A stretch of DNA of 64,000 bases from Prevotella sp. (lineage in GTDB: Bacteria; Bacteroidota; Bacteroidia; Bacteroidales; Bacteroidaceae). The notes below the pieces were generated by a model. That model was given only the letters and a program-made list of their open reading frames with translations, was not told the DNA's origin and made no database searches. The DNA is taken from assembly GCA_017548525.1 (NCBI GenBank), contig JAFYZV010000230.1:2981-66980 (forward strand). Reading direction: 5' to 3'. This document shows positions 1 to 10,887 of the stretch, piece by piece; position 1 is the first letter of the stretch, and each line of letters starts with the position of its first letter. The translations under genes were made by a program, and so were the position numbers.

Positions 1-66
1 ACAGATATTATCCAGTTTCCCAAAAAAATGTCATTTTAGTATATGTGTGGACGGGTTCGTGTTGAA

Positions 67-696
67 ATGATGTATATATTTGCAAAGGTAGGAACTGCAT
101 TGCTCATTGGGAGTTCCTTGTTGAATATTGGCTGTGGTGACAGTACCAAACATGGAAATCATTGCATCTTACCAGATGGCATCGTGTTGCGAGAAGGTGA
201 TGTGGTGTTTAGGATGGGGAGCGGGATTGAGAGTCATGCCGTGCGACTAATGGATACAGACGGTAATTATTCGCATATTGGCATCGTTGTTGATACGATG
301 GGACGCAAGATGGTGGTTCATGCCGTTCCTGGCGAGCCAGACTTCAAGGACGATGTGGACAGGGTAAAACTGGATGAGGTGCAGACGTTCTTTTCAGTTG
401 TCTATGCTGGAAAGGGAGAGATAACACGGATAGATGATGAGTTGACTGCAAGATATGCGGCACGAGCGGCTTTAGATGTGTTCCGTCGTGGTGTGCTATT
501 TGACCATGACTACGATTCGAATGACACGACACGGATGTATTGTACTGAATTGGTGATGTATGCATATAAATGTGCTGGGGTGCGGTTAGTGATGTCAGAA
601 CCACATGAGGTAGAATTGCCGATGTTACATGCAGCGGTGTATTACCCGTCGGATGTATATCATTCGACGCATTTGAGGCCCGTTGTAAAATTTTGA
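67..696 (+). CDS. Permuted papain-like NlpC/P60 (YiiX/YebB-like) cysteine hydrolase, probable lipoprotein
   Basis: GDVVFR...YSHIGIV (His) precedes YCTELV (Cys), the permuted order. Lipobox-like LNIGC. Start at 67/70 preferred over 43. Confidence 0.75.
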   Translation: MMYIFAKVGTALLIGSSLLNIGCGDSTKHGNHCILPDGIVLREGDVVFRMGSGIESHAVRLMDTDGNYSHIGIVVDTMGRKMVVHAVPGEPDFKDDVDRVKLDEVQTFFSVVYAGKGEITRIDDELTARYAARAALDVFRRGVLFDHDYDSNDTTRMYCTELVMYAYKCAGVRLVMSEPHEVELPMLHAAVYYPSDVYHSTHLRPVVKF

Positions 697-743
697 AGAA
701 GTGTATCAATAAGTATTTTATAAACAATTAAAACAAAAACGGT

Positions 744-1169
744 ATGAAGAAATTTTTATTTTTTGTAGTGGCTATTGTTGCCGTAGTATTAGTCGCCTTG
801 GCTGTTTTGGGAAGCTGTGGAAGCAGCAACTCGCCGAAAGGAGTGGCAAAGCAATCAATGGAATGCTTGAAGAACAAGGACTTCAAAGGTTACACAGATC
901 TGATGTATTTCAGTAAGAAAGACTTGGAAACTCCCGAAAAAGTACAGTCAGAGAAAGAATCTTATCAAGAACTCTTGCAAAAGGCATTCGCACAGAGGAC
1001 AGAAGACAAGGGCGACATCAAGGATTACAATGTTGTGGAACAGCTGGTTGAGGATAGTGCTGCCGTAGTGAAGATGGCTGTTGTTTCGACTACTGACAAA
1101 AAAGACACCATAGACATCAAGTTGCGTAAGGATGACCATGGTGACTGGAAAATTGACACAAAGAAGTAG
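744..1169 (+). CDS. DUF4878-like (NTF2-fold) lipoprotein
   Basis: Signal peptide ending LGSC, then SPKGVAK and C-terminal LRKDDHGDWKI typical of this family. Confidence 0.65.
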   Translation: MKKFLFFVVAIVAVVLVALAVLGSCGSSNSPKGVAKQSMECLKNKDFKGYTDLMYFSKKDLETPEKVQSEKESYQELLQKAFAQRTEDKGDIKDYNVVEQLVEDSAAVVKMAVVSTTDKKDTIDIKLRKDDHGDWKIDTKK

Positions 1170-1185
1170 TGTCTGACATAATAAA

Positions 1186-1233
1186 CATGAAGAAGTGGGC
1201 ATCCCCGATTTGGGAAATGCCCACTTCTTTATG
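1186..1233. terminator. Bidirectional intrinsic terminator between convergent genes
   Basis: catgaagaagtgggcat ... atgcccacttctttatg, a 17-bp stem with one mismatch. Confidence 0.8.
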
Positions 1234-1252
1234 AAAAAACTACGATATAGCC

Positions 1253-2569
1253 TTATTTCGAATATAATGCCACGATGGTCTCATAGAGTTCTTGCTTGCC
1301 GCTGATTTGCTTGGGCTCGCCATTCTTCTTGGCGTAAGCCACAAGGTCTTCCAATGTCAGCTTGCCTTCCTCGAAAGCCTTGCCCTCACCAGCGTCGAAG
1401 CTTGCATAACGCTCCTTGAACATCTTTGGCAACTCGCTCTCTTCCAAGATGGCTGCGGCGTTCTCTAAGGCACGAGCCATGGCATCCATACCGCTGATGT
1501 GTGCGATGAAGATGTCCTCGGGGTCTGTGGAGTTACGACGCAACTTGGCATCGAAGTTGGAACCGCCATTGCCCAGACCGCCATTGCGAATGACCTGCAT
1601 CATGGCCTGTGTCAGTTCGAAGTTGTCGATGGGGAACTGGTCGGTGTCCCATCCATTCTGTGCATCACCACGGTTGGCATCGATAGATCCCAACATGCCA
1701 TTGTCAACAGCTACTGCCAGTTCATGCTCGAAGGTATGTCCAGCGAGTGTGGCGTGGTTCACCTCGATGTTCACCTTGAAGTCCTTATCCAATCCATGTG
1801 CCTTCAGGAAGCCGATGACCGTCTCTGTGTCAACGTCATATTGGTGCTTGGAGGGTTCCATGGGTTTCGGCTCGATGAGGAATGTTCCCGTGAAGCCATT
1901 CTTGCGAGCATAGTCACGAGCGGCTTTCAGCATCTGGGCCAAGTGTTCCTTCTCACGTTTCTGGTCGGTGTTCAATAGGCTCATGTAACCTTCGCGTCCT
2001 CCCCAGAACACATAGTTGGTACCACCGAGCTTGATGGTAGCATCAATGGCGTTCTTAATTTGTACGGCAGCGCGAGCAACAACATCGAAGTTGGGGTTCG
2101 TTGCAGCACCGTTCATGTAACGTTTGTTACCGAACACGTTGGCTGTACCCCAAAGCAGTTTGATGTTTGTGCCAGCCATCTTCTCCTTGGCATAGTCGGT
2201 GATGGCTTTCATGCGAGCCTCATATTCCTCGATGGTGTCTGCCTCGTCTACGAGGTCGATGTCATGGAAGCAGAAATACTCGATGCCTAACTTTTCCATG
2301 ATCTCAAAGCCAGCGTCCATCTTGTCCTTGGCGCGTTGCACGGCATCCTCTGCCTTGTCCCACTTGTAGGAACGTGTCTGTCCGCCAAATTGGTCTCCGC
2401 TTGCGCCGCCCAGTGTGTGCCACCAAGCCATAGCGAACTTCAACCAGTCTTTCATCTTCTTTCCAGCTACAACTTTCTCAGGGTCATAGTAGTGGAAAGC
2501 CATAGGGTTCTTACTCTCTGTTCCCTCGAAGGGGATTTTTCCAATCTGTGGAAAATACTCTTTTGCCAT
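1253..2569 (-). CDS. xylA: Xylose isomerase (class II)
   Basis: [35 protein letters not shown] and GWDTDQF motifs. Confidence 0.98.
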   Translation of the reverse strand: MAKEYFPQIGKIPFEGTESKNPMAFHYYDPEKVVAGKKMKDWLKFAMAWWHTLGGASGDQFGGQTRSYKWDKAEDAVQRAKDKMDAGFEIMEKLGIEYFCFHDIDLVDEADTIEEYEARMKAITDYAKEKMAGTNIKLLWGTANVFGNKRYMNGAATNPNFDVVARAAVQIKNAIDATIKLGGTNYVFWGGREGYMSLLNTDQKREKEHLAQMLKAARDYARKNGFTGTFLIEPKPMEPSKHQYDVDTETVIGFLKAHGLDKDFKVNIEVNHATLAGHTFEHELAVAVDNGMLGSIDANRGDAQNGWDTDQFPIDNFELTQAMMQVIRNGGLGNGGSNFDAKLRRNSTDPEDIFIAHISGMDAMARALENAAAILEESELPKMFKERYASFDAGEGKAFEEGKLTLEDLVAYAKKNGEPKQISGKQELYETIVALYSK

Positions 2570-2603
2570 AATGTTTTAAGTTTATAAAAGATAAATTTGT
2601 TTG

Positions 2604-4097
2604 TTAAATATATGCTTCCAATTGCTCTTTCCAACGAGCGTATGCACTGAGGTATTCGTTGCGCTTGCTTTCGTCTGGCTCGATGACGGCGAGTTTCTTC
2701 AATGTGGCAAATGCCTCATCATGGTCACGGTAAAGACCACAACCCATGCCAGCACCCTTGGCTGCACCTACGCTACCGTCGGTCTCATAGAGTTCGATAG
2801 TGGCACCACTCACGCCAGCCAACGTGTTGCGGAATATCTCGCTGAGGAACATGTTGGCACGTCCCGCATGGATCTTGCGGATGTCCATGCCCATCTGTTG
2901 CATGATTTCCATTCCATAGCAGAAACTGAAGACGATTCCCTCTTGGGCTGCCCTCATGATGTGTGCCTTGCCATGTTTATTGAAGTTGATACCATGAATG
3001 CTACAACCAATCTCCCGATTCTCCAACACTCGCTCTGCTCCATTTCCGAATGGTATGATGGCCACGCCCTCGCTACCGATAGGTACATTCTCCATCATTA
3101 CGTTCATGTCTGCGTATGAGATTCCCTCTGGTGCGACGTTACGGCGAACCCACGCATTGAGGATGCCCGTGCCATTGATGCAGAGCAATACGCCGAGGCG
3201 GTCTAAGTCTTTCGTGTAGTTGACATGGGCAAACGTGTTCACGCGACTCTTCTTGTCATAGTTTACTTCACCCAACACACCATATACAACGCCCGATGTA
3301 CCTGCCGTGGAAGCAATCTCACCAGGATTAAATACGTTGAGACTCAACGCATTGTTGGGTTGGTCGCCAGCGCGGTAGCTGATGGGTGTTCCTTCTTTCA
3401 AGCCCAACTCCTCGGCTGCCGCTTTCGATACCGTTGCCTGTACACTGAACGTCGGTACGATGTCGGCAATCAATTCCTTGGAGAATCCAAATTCATTTAA
3501 TAGGAACTTGGCAGGTTCTTTATCCTTGAAATCCCAGAACATTCCCTCTGAGAGTCCACTGATGGTAGTGTTGATGTCGCCACTCAAACGCATGGCGATG
3601 TAATCGCCTGGCAACATCACCTTATATATTTTTTCATAAAGGGCTGGTTCATTCTCCTTGACCCAAGCCAACTTGGCAGCGGTGAAGTTGCCTGGGGAGT
3701 TGAGTAGATGTCCCAGACATTTGTCTGCCCCAAGGTTATTGAAAGCACGTTCACCGTAAGGCACGGCTCGTGAGTCACACCAGATGATGGCATCTCGCAA
3801 CACCTCTTGGTTTTTATCCACACAGACAAGCCCGTGCATTTGGTAACTGATGCCAATGGCTTTCACCTGCTCACCCTTGGCTCCTGCCTCTGCCATGATT
3901 TTCTTCAACGACAACTTGGCATTGTCCCACCACATCTGTGGGTCTTGCTCTGCCCATCCTGCCTTGACGGCCTTGATGGGAGCTTCATGCTCGGGGTAAA
4001 AAGCAGTAGCGGCACATTGACCTGACTCAATGTCCACGAGAGATGCTTTGACAGACGAACTGCCTACGTCAAATCCCAATAAATATTGTTTTTCCAT
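2604..4097 (-). CDS. xylB: Xylulokinase (FGGY family)
   Basis: DVGSSSVKA, QMHGLV, IWCDSR and AGDQPNNA motifs; adjacent to xylA. Confidence 0.95.
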   Translation of the reverse strand: MEKQYLLGFDVGSSSVKASLVDIESGQCAATAFYPEHEAPIKAVKAGWAEQDPQMWWDNAKLSLKKIMAEAGAKGEQVKAIGISYQMHGLVCVDKNQEVLRDAIIWCDSRAVPYGERAFNNLGADKCLGHLLNSPGNFTAAKLAWVKENEPALYEKIYKVMLPGDYIAMRLSGDINTTISGLSEGMFWDFKDKEPAKFLLNEFGFSKELIADIVPTFSVQATVSKAAAEELGLKEGTPISYRAGDQPNNALSLNVFNPGEIASTAGTSGVVYGVLGEVNYDKKSRVNTFAHVNYTKDLDRLGVLLCINGTGILNAWVRRNVAPEGISYADMNVMMENVPIGSEGVAIIPFGNGAERVLENREIGCSIHGINFNKHGKAHIMRAAQEGIVFSFCYGMEIMQQMGMDIRKIHAGRANMFLSEIFRNTLAGVSGATIELYETDGSVGAAKGAGMGCGLYRDHDEAFATLKKLAVIEPDESKRNEYLSAYARWKEQLEAYI

Positions 4098-4160
4098 GTT
4101 TTTTGTTATGTTTGTATGAGTAACGTCGTTAGGTAAGATTCATGATATGATTGACAACTG

Positions 4161-4168
4161 CAAAGGTA
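4161..4168 (-). promoter_or_regulatory. Bacteroidetes -7 promoter element for xylBA
   Basis: TACCTTTG on the minus strand ~65 bp upstream of xylB. Confidence 0.55.
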
Positions 4169-4265
4169 AGAAAAAAGGGATAAAGGCAGAAGGTTATGAA
4201 GTAAAAATGACGGACAACATGCCTTGTTTTTCGACTTTTTAACTTTTCGGCAAATGACATTATGG

Positions 4266-5540
4266 TTAAACCACGTTGCCATTCAAAACCACCATGCGGA
4301 TGAGGGGGGTGGTGTAGGCGTAAGGGATAAAGTCGATAGAGGGAATCCGCTCGGTCACGATAAGGTTTGCCCGTTTCCCTTTTGAGATGCTGCCACATTC
4401 ACTTGCCAAACCCATCGCGGCGGCACTATTGAGCGTGGCGGCATTGATAGCTTCCTCGGGTGTTAGGCGCATCTTGATGCAAGCTAATGACACGACAAAC
4501 TTCATATCGCCCGATGGCGTGGAGCCTGGATTGTAGTCGCTGGCAATTGCCAAAGGCAATCCTTCGTCAATTATCCGTCGCCCTGGAGCATACGGCATGT
4601 TCAGGAAAAAGGACGTACCAGGCAGGGCTGTGGGAATCAATGGTTTCCATTGCTTATCCCTATGGTTTTCTTGATTAAAATCATAGTTTTGGATGAGTTG
4701 AATGTCACGTTCAGTCATGCTCTCCAAATGATCTACCGACAGGGCATGGTGGCGCACGGCAACCTCTACGCCGCCTGAGTCTGCTAATTCCTGCCCGTGG
4801 ATTTTTGGGCGCAACCCCCATTTATCGCCCGCCTCCAAAATACGATCAGTCTCATCGGGTGTGAAAAATCCCTTGTCACAAAACACGTCGATATAATCTG
4901 CCAATTGTTGTCGCCCTACCTCGGGAATCATCTCCTTGATGATGAGGTTGACGTATTCGTCTTGTCTCTCCATATATTCACGACCCACCGCATGTGCGCC
5001 AAGGAATGTGCTGACCACCGTTAGAGGACAGGTTTCCTTGATGCGGCGTATCACGCGAAGCATCTTCAGCTCATCCTTGGTGTTGAGTCCATAGCCGCTT
5101 TTGATTTCCACGGCACCCGTTCCTTTTCGCATGATTTCATGCACCCGCCTCATTGCTTGTTGGTAGAGTTCTTCCTCGCTCATCTCATGGAGATGGTCGG
5201 CGGAGTTCAATATGCCGCCTCCGCGTTGTGCGATTTCTTCATAGCTCATTCCATGAATCTTATCGACAAACTCTTGTTCCCTGCTCCTCGCATAGACAAG
5301 GTGAGTGTGGCTATCGCAAAAAGTGGGTAGCACCATGCCTCCTTGTGTGTCAATGAGACAGTCTGCATGAGGTAATATACCATTATCCTCTCCCCAGTCG
5401 TAGATGATTCCGTCTTTTATAAGTAGCCAAGCATGAGCGAGGGAGGGGAGTGTTGCCATCTCCTTCCCCGAAAGACAAGTTTCGTTTTGCTCACGAATGC
5501 CCACCAACAGGTCGATGTTGTAAATTAGTGTATTCATCAT
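4266..5540 (-). CDS. hutI: Imidazolonepropionase
   Basis: DSHTHLV, EIKSGYGL, DVFCD, SVDHLE and SDYNPGS motifs. Confidence 0.96.
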   Translation of the reverse strand: MMNTLIYNIDLLVGIREQNETCLSGKEMATLPSLAHAWLLIKDGIIYDWGEDNGILPHADCLIDTQGGMVLPTFCDSHTHLVYARSREQEFVDKIHGMSYEEIAQRGGGILNSADHLHEMSEEELYQQAMRRVHEIMRKGTGAVEIKSGYGLNTKDELKMLRVIRRIKETCPLTVVSTFLGAHAVGREYMERQDEYVNLIIKEMIPEVGRQQLADYIDVFCDKGFFTPDETDRILEAGDKWGLRPKIHGQELADSGGVEVAVRHHALSVDHLESMTERDIQLIQNYDFNQENHRDKQWKPLIPTALPGTSFFLNMPYAPGRRIIDEGLPLAIASDYNPGSTPSGDMKFVVSLACIKMRLTPEEAINAATLNSAAAMGLASECGSISKGKRANLIVTERIPSIDFIPYAYTTPLIRMVVLNGNVV

Positions 5541-5543
5541 ACA

Positions 5544-7034
5544 TTAGATGTCAAAATTCTCTTTGCGCAAGAAATCCACCGTCTTGGCGATGTATGGGTA
5601 CATCACCTCGTCACTCTTGATGAATGGGACGATTCGGCGATATGCTGCATGGATTCTCTCTATCTTGGAGGAAGAATGCAAAGGCCTTCTAAAGTCCAAT
5701 GCTTGGGCGGCATTGAACAATTCTATCGCCAATACCCGCTCGGTGTTACGGATGACTTGGTAGAGTTTCGTTCCAGCGTTTGCCCCCATTGATACATGGT
5801 CTTCCTGTCCTTGCGAGGTGGGGATGGAGTCTGCGGATGAGGGCATACATAACGTCTTGTTTTGGCTCACGATGGATGCGGCGGTATATTGGGGAATCAT
5901 AAAACCGCTGTTCAGTCCTGGCTCTGCCACAAGGAAGCTGGGCAAACCGCGTGTCCCCGATACCAGTTGGTATGTCCGACGTTCAGAGATACTGCTCAAT
6001 TCGCTCATGGCAATGGCAAGGAAGTCCATCGGTAGGGCTATAGGTTCGCCATGAAAATTACCTGCCGATATGATGAGGTCTTCATCGGGACACACCGTCG
6101 GGTTGTCAGTAGTGGCGTTGATTTCGATGTCAATGACCGTTTTCACGTATGACAATGTGTCTTTACATGCACCATGCACTTGGGGAATGCAACGGAAGGA
6201 GTAGGGATCTTGTACATGTTCCTTGGGTTGTGCTGATAACTCACTTCCCTTTAGCAGGTCGAGCATGTGAGCGGCTGTGGCAATCTGTCCTTGGTGAGGC
6301 CTCACTAAATGGACGGCGAGGTTGAATGGGTCTTTTGTTCCATCGAAAGCATCTAATGACATGGCGGCAATCACATCGGCGGTGTAAGATAGGCGTTTGG
6401 CATGGATAGCCGCCCACACGGCGAAAGCACTCATGTTTTGTGTGCCATTTAAAAGGGCGAGACCTTCTTTGGAGCCAAGGTGTATAGGTGTCCATCCCAT
6501 ACGTTGGTGTATTTCAGCCCCTGTGAGCTTTTGCCCTTGGTATTCAACCTCTCCCAAGCCCACCAATGGCAAGCACAGATGAGCTAATGGCACGAGGTCG
6601 CCCGATGCCCCCACCGACCCTTGCATATACACCACGGGATAGATGTCGTGGTTGAAGAAGTCGATAAGCCGTTCCACGGTGTCGAGCTTGCATCCGCTAT
6701 ATCCGTAGCTCAATGATTGCACTTTTAGTAAGAGCATGATTTTCACGATGGAATTGGGAACACGGTCTCCCACGCCACAGGCATGTGACTTCATGAGGTT
6801 GACTTGCAATTGCGACAATTGCTCTTCATCAATGGAAATCTTGCACAACGACCCAAACCCCGTTGTCACGCCATAGATAGGTTTGGTGCTATGAGCGACC
6901 TTCTCTTCTAAGTATTGTCGGCAATGAATGATGCGCTCACGAGTCTCCTCGCTCAATGCCAATTGGTAGCCATTGAGGATAATCTCCTCAATTTTGTCTT
7001 GGGTCAGATGCCCAGCACTGATGTAATGTGTCAT
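5544..7034 (-). CDS. hutH: Histidine ammonia-lyase
   Basis: YGVTTGFG, GSVGASGDL (MIO-forming ASG), QDPYSFRC and QEDHVSMG. Confidence 0.97.
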   Translation of the reverse strand: MTHYISAGHLTQDKIEEIILNGYQLALSEETRERIIHCRQYLEEKVAHSTKPIYGVTTGFGSLCKISIDEEQLSQLQVNLMKSHACGVGDRVPNSIVKIMLLLKVQSLSYGYSGCKLDTVERLIDFFNHDIYPVVYMQGSVGASGDLVPLAHLCLPLVGLGEVEYQGQKLTGAEIHQRMGWTPIHLGSKEGLALLNGTQNMSAFAVWAAIHAKRLSYTADVIAAMSLDAFDGTKDPFNLAVHLVRPHQGQIATAAHMLDLLKGSELSAQPKEHVQDPYSFRCIPQVHGACKDTLSYVKTVIDIEINATTDNPTVCPDEDLIISAGNFHGEPIALPMDFLAIAMSELSSISERRTYQLVSGTRGLPSFLVAEPGLNSGFMIPQYTAASIVSQNKTLCMPSSADSIPTSQGQEDHVSMGANAGTKLYQVIRNTERVLAIELFNAAQALDFRRPLHSSSKIERIHAAYRRIVPFIKSDEVMYPYIAKTVDFLRKENFDI

Positions 7035-7039
7035 GTCGT

Positions 7040-9034
7040 TTAGTCTATTTGGTTGATGAGGGAGTCGCTGACAATGTTAGGCAAAGTTACTTGTAGCTCG
7101 GGTGTGCGTTGCATCTCACGGCGAATGGCATCAATGCTACCTTGGTTTCTCGCCCAAGAACGACGGGCAATACCATTGTTCACATCCCAGAACAGCATCT
7201 CGCGAATCCTTTGGTCACACTCCTCGCTACCGTCTATCACCATGCCAAAGCCGCCATTGATGACTTCGCCCCATCCTACGCCTCCTCCGTTGTGCAAACT
7301 TACCCACGTGGCTCCACGGAAAGCGTCGCCGATAACATTTTGCACCGCCATGTCGGCACAGAATTGCGACCCGTCGTAGATGTTGGAAGTCTCGCGGAAC
7401 GGCGAATCCGTACCACTCACATCATGATGGTCACGTCCCAAGACGATGGGGGCACAGATGTCGCCACGACGAATGGCATCATTGAATGCCAAGGCTATCT
7501 TTGTGCGACCCTCGGCATCGGCATAGAGGATGCGGGCCTGTGACCCCACAACGAGGTGGTTCTTGCCTGCCTCGCGAATCCAATGCAGGTTGTCTTCCAC
7601 CTGTCCGCGTATGTCCTCTGTCACATGGCTACACATTTCGTCTAATACCTCGGCGGCAAGTCGGTCGGTAGTTGCCAAATCTTGTGGGTTGCACGAGGTG
7701 CAAACCCAACGAAAGGGACCAAAGCCGTAGTCGAAGAACAGCGGTCCCATGATGTCTTGTACGTAGGAGGGATAACGGAAAGTGCCGTCTTCACGGAGAA
7801 TGTCTGCCTTGGCACGGCTGGCTTGCAACAGGAAAGCGTTGCCGTAGTCGAAGAAATACATCCCACGGTCGGCGAGCTTGTTGATGGCTGATACATGTCG
7901 GCGCAACGATGCCTCTACCTTTTCCTTGAAGAGAGTGGGATTATCTGCCATCATTTGTTTGCTTTCTTCCAATGACTGACCAACTGGATAATAACCACCC
8001 GCCCAAGGGTTGTGGAGCGAAGTCTGGTCGCTACCCAAGTCTACTTGGATATCTTCTGTCACAAGACGTTCCCATAAGTCTACTATATTGCCCACATACG
8101 CCATACTTACCACGTGTCGCTCTGCCACGGCGTGGCGGATGGCGGGGATGAGTTCGTCAAGGTTTGTGTACATTTCATCCACCCATCCTTGTTCGTATCG
8201 TTTAGTGGCGGCAAGCGGATTGATTTCCGCCGTCACGCTCACCACGCCCGCGATGTTGCCTGCCTTGGGTTGCGCCCCACTCATGCCTCCCAAACCAGCG
8301 GTGACAAATAGGGGTATCTTGTCTGTCTTCACCCGTCGGGCTGCATTCAGTACGGTAATGGTAGTGCCGTGAACGATGCCTTGTGGTCCGATATACATGT
8401 ACGAGCCAGCTGTCATCTGTCCATATTGGCTTACGCCGAGGGCATTCATCCGTTCATAGTCGTCTGGCTTGGAGTAGTTGGGGATGACCATGCCGTTGGT
8501 CACGACCACCCTTGGCGCACCTTTATGTGAGGGGAAAAGTCCAAGGGGATGGCCGCTATACATCACGAGGGTCTGCTCGTCGGTCATCTCCGACAGGTAT
8601 TTCATCACCAACCGATATTGCGCCCAGTTCTGGAAAATGGCTCCGTTACCACCATAGATAATCAACTCATGTGGATGTTGTGCCACGCGAGGGTCGAGAT
8701 TGTTTTGGATCATCAGCATGATGGCGGCAGCTTGTCGACTTCGGTGTGGGTATTCGTCGATGGGTCGCGCCTTCATCTCGTAGGAAGGGCGGTAACGATA
8801 CATATAAATACGTCCGTAGCGGTCAAGTTCATCCACAAACTCGGGTGCCAATTGGGCGTGAAGATGTTCGGGGAAGTAACGTAGCGCATTGCGCAGGGCG
8901 AGTTTTCGCTCTTCCTTTGTCAGGATTTCCTTGCGCTTAGGAGCATGGTTAATCGTGGGGTCGTATGGTTGGAGCGAGGGCAATGTGTTGGGTATACCCT
9001 CGCGGATGGCTTGTTGGAATAATTTTTTATCCAT
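7040..9034 (-). CDS. hutU: Urocanate hydratase (long form)
   Basis: GQMTAGSYMYIGPQGIVHGT, GLGGMSGAQP, DQTSLHN and GRDHHD. Confidence 0.97.
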   Translation of the reverse strand: MDKKLFQQAIREGIPNTLPSLQPYDPTINHAPKRKEILTKEERKLALRNALRYFPEHLHAQLAPEFVDELDRYGRIYMYRYRPSYEMKARPIDEYPHRSRQAAAIMLMIQNNLDPRVAQHPHELIIYGGNGAIFQNWAQYRLVMKYLSEMTDEQTLVMYSGHPLGLFPSHKGAPRVVVTNGMVIPNYSKPDDYERMNALGVSQYGQMTAGSYMYIGPQGIVHGTTITVLNAARRVKTDKIPLFVTAGLGGMSGAQPKAGNIAGVVSVTAEINPLAATKRYEQGWVDEMYTNLDELIPAIRHAVAERHVVSMAYVGNIVDLWERLVTEDIQVDLGSDQTSLHNPWAGGYYPVGQSLEESKQMMADNPTLFKEKVEASLRRHVSAINKLADRGMYFFDYGNAFLLQASRAKADILREDGTFRYPSYVQDIMGPLFFDYGFGPFRWVCTSCNPQDLATTDRLAAEVLDEMCSHVTEDIRGQVEDNLHWIREAGKNHLVVGSQARILYADAEGRTKIALAFNDAIRRGDICAPIVLGRDHHDVSGTDSPFRETSNIYDGSQFCADMAVQNVIGDAFRGATWVSLHNGGGVGWGEVINGGFGMVIDGSEECDQRIREMLFWDVNNGIARRSWARNQGSIDAIRREMQRTPELQVTLPNIVSDSLINQID

Positions 9035-9059
9035 GGTATGATGATTTTGATGAAGGTCT

Positions 9060-10778
9060 TTAGATTTCTATTTTCTTTTCCACAATGTCCAAGATGTCAC
9101 ACTCGGCTTGGCGGGCTAATGCGGCTAACTCTTCTGCTTTCATGGTCAATGTCTTGGCAATGGCTCGGTCTTTCAACTGTGAGGCATTGATTTTTACGTT
9201 GAGGCATGCACCCAAAACTGCCGTACGGGCTGCCAAGGCTCCTACGCCCGCATCGCTCACACTGGCGGGATTGCCCTCCTGTGCCATGGCACGGCATAGT
9301 TCAAATGTCCGCATGGAGGATTCCATCGTGCGCAAGGGTACCTCTGCGGCATAGCGTGTAGCTCGTTCTATGGCATCAGCACGGACGGCGCGTTCCTCCT
9401 CCGTTCCTTTCGGCAACCCGAAGGCGGCCATGATGGTATTGAAGGCGGCGGTGTCCTCATCCACCAATTGTAACAATTCGGTCATCAATTGTTGTCCTTT
9501 GTCTGCCCATTGGGAGAACTCATGCCAACGGTCGTCCCATCCCCGCTTATGCGAGGAGAGGTTGGCGACCATCGTTCCTAATGCTGCCGCCAATGCGCCC
9601 ATGTAAGCCGCAATGGTGCCTCCGCCTGGTGCGGGACTCTCGCGGGAAGTCTCTTCGGCAAATCCCTTGACGGAGAGGTCTACCAATTTCTTGCTTTGGC
9701 TTTCCTTGTCGGCATCTTCCATGAGATACTCAATTACTTTCTCTCGGGGATTAAAGGGTTTGAGGTCGTCCAGTCCCATCGACTTGATGGCAATATGGAT
9801 GATGTCCGCCTCGGGGATGCCCGTTGAGCGGTGTTGTTTCTCCAAGTAGTACTTGCCTGCATCGATGAGTGTCTGTTTGGGAATCAACCCCACAATCTCC
9901 GTTCCCGTTACCCGTACGCCACGAGCGGCAGCACAGCGGCATACCTCGTCAAAGGCAATGTGGAGTGGCGTGACATGTAGGTTGGTCATGTTCATCGACA
10001 CTTGAGCAATACCGTATTCATCAATAAACCACCCAATGGCTTTCGTGCATTTCAACGTGCCAGGTTGCATGAGGGGCTTTCCGTCAGCATCCTTCAATAT
10101 CTTCCCCGTCAACGAGCCTCCCTCGCGTTTCGGTCGCCCTTTCTCCCTGACATCAAAGGCAATGGCGTTGGCACGGCGGGTGCTGGTGGTGTTGAGATTG
10201 AAGTTCACGGCGATGAGGAAGTCACGCGCCCCTACCACCGTACATCCCGTCCGTTTGATGCGGTCGTCAAAGGGGCGTGAACCAAAGTCGGGTTGTCTCA
10301 CGGGATCCAACAGTTTCTCGGGCAATGCCTCGTATTCGCCAGCGCGGCACACGGCGAGGTTCCTATGTTCGGGCTTCAGGGCCGATGCCTCATAGCAATA
10401 GCACGGGATGGCAAGTTCATCTGCGATGCGTTGAGCAAGTTGCCGTGCCAGTTCGGCACATTCCTCGATGGTGATGCCCGATACAGGAATCAACGGCAAC
10501 ACGTCGGTGGCACCCATTCGGGGATGAGCTCCATGGTGTTTGCTCATGTCAATCAACTCACCAGCCTTGCGCACGGCATCGAAAGCCGCATCTACTATGC
10601 CTTGGGGGCTTCCCACGAAGGTTACCACCGTGCGATTGGTCGCCTCGCCAGGGTCTACGTTAAGCAATTTCACGTCTTTGTGCTTCTCGATTTCGTTGGT
10701 GATTTGTCGGATGATTCCCATGTCCCTTCCCTCGCTGAAGTTGGGTACACATTCCACAATGGGTTGGTTTGTTTTCAT
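9060..10778 (-). CDS. ftcd: Bifunctional glutamate formimidoyltransferase / formiminotetrahydrofolate cyclodeaminase
   Basis: N-terminal ECVPNFSEGR and HPRMGATD (FT domain) fused to SPAPGGG...NVKIN (cyclodeaminase). Confidence 0.93.
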   Translation of the reverse strand: MKTNQPIVECVPNFSEGRDMGIIRQITNEIEKHKDVKLLNVDPGEATNRTVVTFVGSPQGIVDAAFDAVRKAGELIDMSKHHGAHPRMGATDVLPLIPVSGITIEECAELARQLAQRIADELAIPCYCYEASALKPEHRNLAVCRAGEYEALPEKLLDPVRQPDFGSRPFDDRIKRTGCTVVGARDFLIAVNFNLNTTSTRRANAIAFDVREKGRPKREGGSLTGKILKDADGKPLMQPGTLKCTKAIGWFIDEYGIAQVSMNMTNLHVTPLHIAFDEVCRCAAARGVRVTGTEIVGLIPKQTLIDAGKYYLEKQHRSTGIPEADIIHIAIKSMGLDDLKPFNPREKVIEYLMEDADKESQSKKLVDLSVKGFAEETSRESPAPGGGTIAAYMGALAAALGTMVANLSSHKRGWDDRWHEFSQWADKGQQLMTELLQLVDEDTAAFNTIMAAFGLPKGTEEERAVRADAIERATRYAAEVPLRTMESSMRTFELCRAMAQEGNPASVSDAGVGALAARTAVLGACLNVKINASQLKDRAIAKTLTMKAEELAALARQAECDILDIVEKKIEI

Positions 10779-10814
10779 GTTATTTTGCGTTTAAGTCCTT
10801 CATCTATTAAACGC

Positions 10815-10854
10815 AAAAAAACGCATTTTCTTACAATAAATGCAAGAAAATGCG
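10815..10854 (-). terminator. Hairpin with U-tract after the 10888-11493 gene; may also act as an operator for the hut operon
   Basis: Perfect 11-bp arms cgcattttctt / aagaaaatgcg followed by T7 on the minus strand. Confidence 0.55.
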
Positions 10855-10887
10855 ATAAAATTCCATTTTCCATCTATAAAAGAAGCA

